A stretch of DNA of 64,000 nucleotides, from the IMG/VR virus record IMGVR_UViG_3300028591_000146, positions 30,040 to 94,039 of that record. One strand, written 5' to 3'. Under the pieces are notes generated by a model. It saw only the letters and a program-made list of their open reading frames with translations. It had not been told where the DNA came from and did no database searches. The number at the start of each line of letters is the position of its first letter. Within the stretch, counting starts at the first letter, position 1. Both the position numbers and the translations under genes were made by a program. This DNA comes from a virus (taxonomy: Duplodnaviria; Caudoviricetes). Positions 59,001-64,000 of this stretch are shown piece by piece.

Positions 59001-60639
59001 TGGTTACAATTGTACCAAATGCACCTCTGTTACAATATGTGAGATTTGAATTTCCTGCAGAGCTATATGATCCATCCCAATATGACATCCATCCCTTTGT
59101 GACAAGTACTGTTCTTTCTGAAGTAGTTGACCAATCGGAATGTATTTTTGCTGATGGTGTTGCTGTTACATGTCTACGATCGATGATATTAGACCAGTCA
59201 GTCCAATTTGTTGAATCTGAACCACCGGTATCATTGAAACGGATTGCCAAATCCGATCCATTTGTTATCAATTGGAATTTATCTCGATCATCGCCAATCT
59301 GGAGACCAACCCAGTCTGTGTCTGGAAATGGATCATTCGCACCACGGAATGCAAAACTTCCTTCGGCAGCATCTATATTGGTTGAATTCAGATCAATATT
59401 CTTGAGATGTTTTGCAACCAATGCATCACCACCAACGGAATCGGATAATGCATATTTTGTTGTCGTTGGTAAATAATCCAATGCAGGAATATCTCCTTTG
59501 GCAACAGCAGCAGTTGCAGAAACGTGACCAGTTCCATCAACTGTAATTTTATACAATCCAGATGTTTTAGATGTATATGTTGGATGAACATATTGTGCTG
59601 GTAATGTGACCGTTTTGGTATTGATCTTTGTCACATGTCCATTTGTTTCACGTGTTACTGAATCGATACATGTGAATGTTCCACCATGTGATGGTGATGC
59701 AGTTGATGTTGTATCTGCAGATTTTGTTATCGTTGGATGCTGGGTTAAGAATGTCGAACCTTTGGTTGCAGTCACTTTACCATTTGCAAATGAAATCGAT
59801 GTGACAGCATTACCGGATCCTGTAACTTCCGATGATATATTACCAAAATGAAGGACTTCATAATTGGATGCATTTGTGTTATCTGCATTTGGTACTGAAA
59901 CATATATTGACGAATATCCTACTGAATTAGTTGAATCATAACCTGATGAAATGTATGTTCTTCCAACATGGTGTGTTGCTTGAGTCTGATATGCACCAAG
60001 CCACAGATTTGTACCGTTATCATAGACACCAGCATATTCATTACCTGCAGAATCTTTAAGATAAAATCCTTTATTGGTAGCATTCATCTTAAGACTACCC
60101 GTCATTGTATCTCCTGCTTTAAGGACATAATCGGAATGTGTATGTGCGGGAAGATCCGATGCTGCAACTGCCGCTGTTGCTGATACATGACCCTTTGCGT
60201 CTACTGTGATTTTATATAATCCAGAAGATTTAGCAGTATATGTTGGGTGAGTATAAACGGTTGTCTCAGTACCGTTGATTTTGATATTTCCATTGGTTGA
60301 TGATGATGTCACTTTCGAATAGTCCAATGCTGGAATATCTGCAGCAACAAGCTTTCTGAAAGTAGCGGTACCATTTGAACCATTTGGAGCTGCAAGTACA
60401 GTATTAGCTGTTCTTGATATCGTGGAATCATAGTATTGAGTGTGCGTGTGGTTATTCGCAGCACCCCAATATGTTGACGTACCGTTGGATGTCAGAACCT
60501 GACCATTGGAACCAGCACTATACGCCGCTCCACCAGAAGTTGACGGAGCACGTATTGTCGTTGTCTGAATAATATCCGTTAGCGTTGTATCTGTAACACG
60601 AAGATTACCTTGTACAATGCTATCTTTTAATTGTGCCAT
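56077..60639 (-). CDS. tail fibre protein
   Basis: 1520 aa, Thr/Ser/Gly-rich; repeats YVLKAGDTMTG, HPTYT..SGLYKITVD.GHVS, HTH motifs. Confidence 0.8.
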   Translation of the reverse strand: MAQLKDSIVQGNLRVTDTTLTDIIQTTTIRAPSTSGGAAYSAGSNGQVLTSNGTSTYWGAANNHTHTQYYDSTISRTANTVLAAPNGSNGTATFRKLVAADIPALDYSKVTSSSTNGNIKINGTETTVYTHPTYTAKSSGLYKITVDAKGHVSATAAVAASDLPAHTHSDYVLKAGDTMTGSLKMNATNKGFYLKDSAGNEYAGVYDNGTNLWLGAYQTQATHHVGRTYISSGYDSTNSVGYSSIYVSVPNADNTNASNYEVLHFGNISSEVTGSGNAVTSISFANGKVTATKGSTFLTQHPTITKSADTTSTASPSHGGTFTCIDSVTRETNGHVTKINTKTVTLPAQYVHPTYTSKTSGLYKITVDGTGHVSATAAVAKGDIPALDYLPTTTKYALSDSVGGDALVAKHLKNIDLNSTNIDAAEGSFAFRGANDPFPDTDWVGLQIGDDRDKFQLITNGSDLAIRFNDTGGSDSTNWTDWSNIIDRRHVTATPSAKIHSDWSTTSERTVLVTKGWMSYWDGSYSSAGNSNLTYCNRGAFGTIVTKSTTDYSKVSISRSLTSGTKIGTITIDGTSTDLYCETNTNTDTKVDQVLSSANEKHPLLIAKSQTSVTTATVNDTILRNNSIYVNPSTGALTATQIYGSGTENQSTAPTGGYHIYDCRSVTINPEHGHNAANFYFHQTGTPDTSKWWSILHMRGWTSGYSAWELAGPSHNSDQRTTPLYVRTSNGTTAWGSWRKIYDSSNKPTASDLGFGTIVTHDADDYVLKAGDTMTGSLTLYSASGDSPALRFQCGTLTDNLNDWLIKDSGGHLKIQSNTTSTDTYFDALTINSSTANITMKQDAVLHGKLAQYSTSRPTSANLTTKGDTSLQMLLSTSAMTSGKPAGDGYILNMDWDNTGKYQAQLFLPNSYSKVKPPQYRVQNASADWSDADCKWRNFITEDNYTDYTSRYGHVLDDSEDFASYPWHKIATTTITGNYTDHEATFLVQKTWSTYEQCVGILAVKIHTGSDYHFESGIFKWIFTGTGINTEDYVVVYTNGTNSCTVDIYVKITTRADGWRFNILSEGTRVSTAPMWDMIVTGSQHGIASLPAGTGHIVSSRWDAYIPLIGSTDVTGNIKITKTSGDTGYYASRSDTSITCWFGVASGGTNHGFYSNKINNWMFAANATNALVYHTLQNPSSETSYAISFGGNNTSAGVKERFVNNGLAYRTKEGTTSSAGVSTLILGNTTASGTAGNKSGRIRLYTTSTQYCDIIGYMSSTAYTITIPPITGRATIQAKGTTTFYGLADGDGTQGWIRTTNYGFIPAAAGTMKSPHSSLGTATWVFNDAHVRDIYGSKLELGQSYTVDSSAIGGSIKMHGDGDETMDTVTLKPADVPGPDNYNITIPMMNGTMSLIDTIATTSSSVPAASTVSNCTIDSAVKFLTIVLKVNGESDEHYTIQVPKIIGVHYFPITIGAGPTTGGGSCIVTSGFIQITSGSTTGKYNITAGRKTQTATMTSSGWSISSPSWTPLIVAVYGIK
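58871..58989. repeat. 119-bp direct repeat, copy 1 (copy 2 at 63527-63645)
   Basis: About 6 mismatches by eye; encodes DYSKVS..RSLTSGTKIGTITIDGTSTDLYCETNTNTDTK. Confidence 0.85.
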
Positions 60640-60658
60640 TTAAGCAACCTCCTAAATT

Positions 60659-61240
60659 CTAAAACTCTATAAATTCATATGATTGAATATTACCATTTTT
60701 GTGGATTTTACATATATCATCAATCTCAAACATACTTGATCTGTCTGATACATATAATGGATCGGTTGATGCTGGAACCCATGGTGTTGGAACCGAACCT
60801 TCTTCAAATTTAACTTTTTTGACTGATATTGTACCAGAACCTTGTCCACTAACTAATCTTGGAAATATCACTGTTTTTGTAGCTGTAGTTTCTGATTGCG
60901 TGTATGTTACCCAATAATATGTCCATTCAGTTGACAGTGTGAAATTTATATGTCCATCGGAATAAGTTGATGTAGCACCTTGACTAGTAACAGCATGAGT
61001 TGTTGTATTCGGACTATAATAATGAGCTCTGATTTTATCTCCATTGACTGTAGACTTTGCATAGAATGACAAAGTGTACTGTGATCCAGATGGTACTATA
61101 ATCGTTTTCTTCACATATTTATCCGAATAACTTGTTTCTGGATATGTATAATGAGCCTCTGAGCTAGAGGTGTTTGGTATTATATTTGGATTTGCAAAAC
61201 CCGTAGCGGTAACAACACCATGTTTAGATATATTTGCCAT
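60659..61240 (-). CDS. carbohydrate-binding-module-like tail accessory protein
   Basis: YTLSFYAKS, LSTEWTYYWVT, KFEEGSVPTPWVP. Confidence 0.65.
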   Translation of the reverse strand: MANISKHGVVTATGFANPNIIPNTSSSEAHYTYPETSYSDKYVKKTIIVPSGSQYTLSFYAKSTVNGDKIRAHYYSPNTTTHAVTSQGATSTYSDGHINFTLSTEWTYYWVTYTQSETTATKTVIFPRLVSGQGSGTISVKKVKFEEGSVPTPWVPASTDPLYVSDRSSMFEIDDICKIHKNGNIQSYEFIEF

Positions 61241-61242
61241 TA

Positions 61243-63012
61243 TTATCCCTCTTTCATTTCATATCCTGTCATAGCGCCATTATCAGCAACACGTGCTCCA
61301 GTATGATATAATGTCAGAATATCAGAATCGGTTAATTCAGTTGCGTACAAACGAAAATCAGATAATTGACCATTAAAATTATAGCTCGTTCCAGAATCCC
61401 ACCCATTCATATAGATAGTAGTACCTGTTATACCTTTATATGTTTTAGCATTACCTTTAAACTCTCCGTCGATATATAGCTTTGTCGCTGTACCATCACC
61501 CGTCACTGCGAAATGATGCCATTGATTGTCACCGTATGTTGATGCTGATACATTGAATGGGTTGTTAGATCCATCACCGGTATTCCAATAAAAGTTGCCA
61601 CTGCTCATGTATAAGTTCAATCTATTACCATTAGAAAAGCCCCACATCATATGACCACTATAGTTAGAATATTTACCCCACCATGAGAATGTATATGAAT
61701 TTGCAAAACCAGAGGTGACCAACGTTGTATGTATATGTGATCCAGAAACGAATTTGGTGCTATACGAATATCTCGGAGTCGATGTTGATATTGTGATATC
61801 ACCAGTCTCAGTTCCATGATTATTGTATCCGGATCCATCCGTGATACCAGGATCAGTTCCTATATAATCATATTCTGGCAGTATCTCATCATGCCCTTCA
61901 AGAAGATGTGGACAACAGAAATCAATAATGATTGGTACTCCCGCTTCGGCGCTCGGTGTTTTAAACGAAGTGAATATTGAATCTATTTTATCCGAAGTGA
62001 CGTTTCCTTTTCTACACTGACCAACAATGAACCAATTGTCATCATATTTCTTCATTGGTATTTCAGTCCATCCTGATATATTGCTTGCAGTACCGCCAAC
62101 AATCGTATCGGGATGTGATATTGGTTTACATAATATCCAGAAACAATACTTGGTATTTGCGAGGAATGTCCTACTGAAACCGCAGATACCATGATTAGCT
62201 AAAGATGATTTAACATTGTTCAATTTTGCCGTATCAGAACCTGGGGTATAAGTTAATCTATATATTCTGCAACTATTATGTGTTCTACCAGTATTAACAA
62301 GAGACGCAGTAAACCCGGCGCTTGAGTAGTTATTGTATACACCGTAACTAACGTTTCTGACCAAATTACTAATTGACGCTGGTGTGTCTAGTTTATAATG
62401 GATAACAAGGCCTTTGGCGAGTTCTGATACTTCCAACGGAGATAATGCATGATCATAGAAACGAACATCATTAAGATATCCATTTAATGGATTATCACTA
62501 AATGTTGATGCTGATTGATGACATAATCCAATTACAAAATTCGCGGAATTAACAGCGGTCTGGGTTCCAACCGTTGTTGTGGAACTCACAAGGGTACCAT
62601 TGATATATAGATATTTGCCAACACCTTTTTTACGAATAATACAAACATGGTACCATGCATTGGCTGATAAAGCATTTGTTGGTTGCCAACGAACGCCATC
62701 ATCGATCAGCCAATATCCATTGCTATAGAATATTGTAATACCATTGGGATTTACGGCATTTCTACAAGAAAACAATGTTTGTGTCGTATTAACAACATTT
62801 AATTTCATCCAACATGCAAATGACCAATTGTTTGTATCATTGGTAATAACAGTTTGTGTTCCATATATATGGGAAGAAGATCCATTGAATGAATAACACC
62901 CACCCAGTTTGCCATTTGCATTTTGAGTAGCATTTGATACAGTAACATTGCTTGGATGACATCCTTTGTTTATTGCGTTCTTTGTAAGAGGTAACCAGAT
63001 TTGAAGTGACAT
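61243..63012 (-). CDS. LamG/concanavalin A-like domain tail protein
   Basis: Two LamG-like repeats (WYHVCI...LYINGTL...LNDVRFYDHAL; WHHFAVT...LSDFRLYATEL). Confidence 0.8.
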   Translation of the reverse strand: MSLQIWLPLTKNAINKGCHPSNVTVSNATQNANGKLGGCYSFNGSSSHIYGTQTVITNDTNNWSFACWMKLNVVNTTQTLFSCRNAVNPNGITIFYSNGYWLIDDGVRWQPTNALSANAWYHVCIIRKKGVGKYLYINGTLVSSTTTVGTQTAVNSANFVIGLCHQSASTFSDNPLNGYLNDVRFYDHALSPLEVSELAKGLVIHYKLDTPASISNLVRNVSYGVYNNYSSAGFTASLVNTGRTHNSCRIYRLTYTPGSDTAKLNNVKSSLANHGICGFSRTFLANTKYCFWILCKPISHPDTIVGGTASNISGWTEIPMKKYDDNWFIVGQCRKGNVTSDKIDSIFTSFKTPSAEAGVPIIIDFCCPHLLEGHDEILPEYDYIGTDPGITDGSGYNNHGTETGDITISTSTPRYSYSTKFVSGSHIHTTLVTSGFANSYTFSWWGKYSNYSGHMMWGFSNGNRLNLYMSSGNFYWNTGDGSNNPFNVSASTYGDNQWHHFAVTGDGTATKLYIDGEFKGNAKTYKGITGTTIYMNGWDSGTSYNFNGQLSDFRLYATELTDSDILTLYHTGARVADNGAMTGYEMKEG

Positions 63013-63024
63013 TTAAACACCTCC

Positions 63025-63999
63025 TTATGCGAATACAAAGTCTAATGATTGTGTTGTTGCATTGTATTCCATTCTACAACCTGATGTATTTGCAGAATTA
63101 CCTCCAACAGTTACAGATCCATTGAATACTGCATTACCTGCACCACTAATAGAAGCAACGGGACCATCGGTCTTCTTTCTGAAGATCCATCCTCTTGTTG
63201 TTGCACCTTGGTTCATTGTGAAATAAGTAGCCCAATCAGATTGAACATAACCATGTTTACCAGAGTTGGTTGTTCCTCTGAACATGATACCATATGTTTC
63301 TGGATCAGTTGAATATAATGATATACCACCTGCTGTTGAACTGTTGCCAGTGTTGGCACATACAGTTGATGATGCTTTTACATTTGTTGCACATAAACCA
63401 CCTGCAGTTGTATCAAGATAAACTCCTGTATCAGAAACAGATGTAACTGCTTGAGCCGTAGATGTTGGAGTCGTAGATGTTCCAAGTAGATATGCTTTTG
63501 TAGTTGTTGCAAGTGTTACATTTACTTTAGTATCTGTATTTGTGTTTGTTTCACAATACAAATCTGTCGAAGTTCCATCGATTGTAATCGTACCAATTTT
63601 AGTTCCAGATGTTAATGAACGTGTGAATGATACTTTTGAATAGTCATGCGTGTGATCTGATAATGAAAATGTTAAACCTTTGGTGAATGTGATTTTTCTA
63701 TTATTACCATCATCAGAAATTGATGCTGCTGTAATTGCATTACCTGTACCAGTGGTTGTAACTGTGATCAATGATTTGAATAATGTCCATAATGCCGATA
63801 ATGGACGTCGATGATATGATGTTGTCGTAGTACCACCAGCTGCATATTGTGATACATAATAATCATTCAATGATGGTGTTGATGTTCCAGTGCTTAAAAG
63901 GTTTATCGCTGCAGATACACCTGCTGATGTATTTGGTACATAATCCAATGCAGGGATATCGCCTTTAACGACATTTGCAATTCCAGTGATATGTCCCTG
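63025..63999 (-). CDS. tail fibre protein, 5'-partial
   Basis: Frame open to window end (QGHITGIANVVKGDIPALDY); shares modules with 56077-60639. Confidence 0.75.
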   Translation of the reverse strand, partial: QGHITGIANVVKGDIPALDYVPNTSAGVSAAINLLSTGTSTPSLNDYYVSQYAAGGTTTTSYHRRPLSALWTLFKSLITVTTTGTGNAITAASISDDGNNRKITFTKGLTFSLSDHTHDYSKVSFTRSLTSGTKIGTITIDGTSTDLYCETNTNTDTKVNVTLATTTKAYLLGTSTTPTSTAQAVTSVSDTGVYLDTTAGGLCATNVKASSTVCANTGNSSTAGGISLYSTDPETYGIMFRGTTNSGKHGYVQSDWATYFTMNQGATTRGWIFRKKTDGPVASISGAGNAVFNGSVTVGGNSANTSGCRMEYNATTQSLDFVFA

Positions 64000-64000
64000 T

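Noticed and set aside
3-60917. Numerous short antisense or alternate-frame ORFs in the track (e.g. 3-329, 23438-23824, 58994-59476)
   Set aside because: They are shadows of long, well-supported genes and have no RBS or motifs.
56077-63999. Diversity-generating retroelement target
   Set aside because: The repeat is internal and coding in both copies, mismatches are not adenine-specific, and no reverse transcriptase is in the window.
1-64000. Stop-codon reassignment
   Set aside because: Core genes are full length under the standard code and no suppressor tRNA is seen.

Overview
This is a 64-kb segment of an AT-rich phiKZ/AR9-like jumbo myophage genome. Strong GGAGG ribosome-binding sites suggest a Firmicutes-type host (inference). 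The core module (1-33.8 kb) encodes a tubulin/PhuZ-like GTPase, portal, SF2 helicase, terminase large subunit, tail sheath and tube, a PolB-like palm protein, and three split multisubunit RNA polymerase subunits. One of these (beta N-part) is interrupted by a group I intron carrying an HNH endonuclease. The accessory region (33.8-53 kb) holds about 35 small early ORFs and a tRNA cluster. The right end has a stand-alone NrdD glycyl-radical domain, probable internal head proteins and tail-fibre/LamG receptor-binding genes. The most striking observation is two tRNA genes interrupted on the 5' side of the anticodon arm by inserts that lack group I/II intron cores. In tRNA-Leu(CAA), a 223-nt inverted-repeat-bounded insert contains a second complete tRNA-Leu(CAA). 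In tRNA-Arg(UCU), removing a 38-nt insert gives an exact 76-nt tRNA. Two promoter classes, a pseudoknotted leader/ncRNA and several cassette-like repeats are also visible. All product calls come from motif recognition by eye; no database searches were run.
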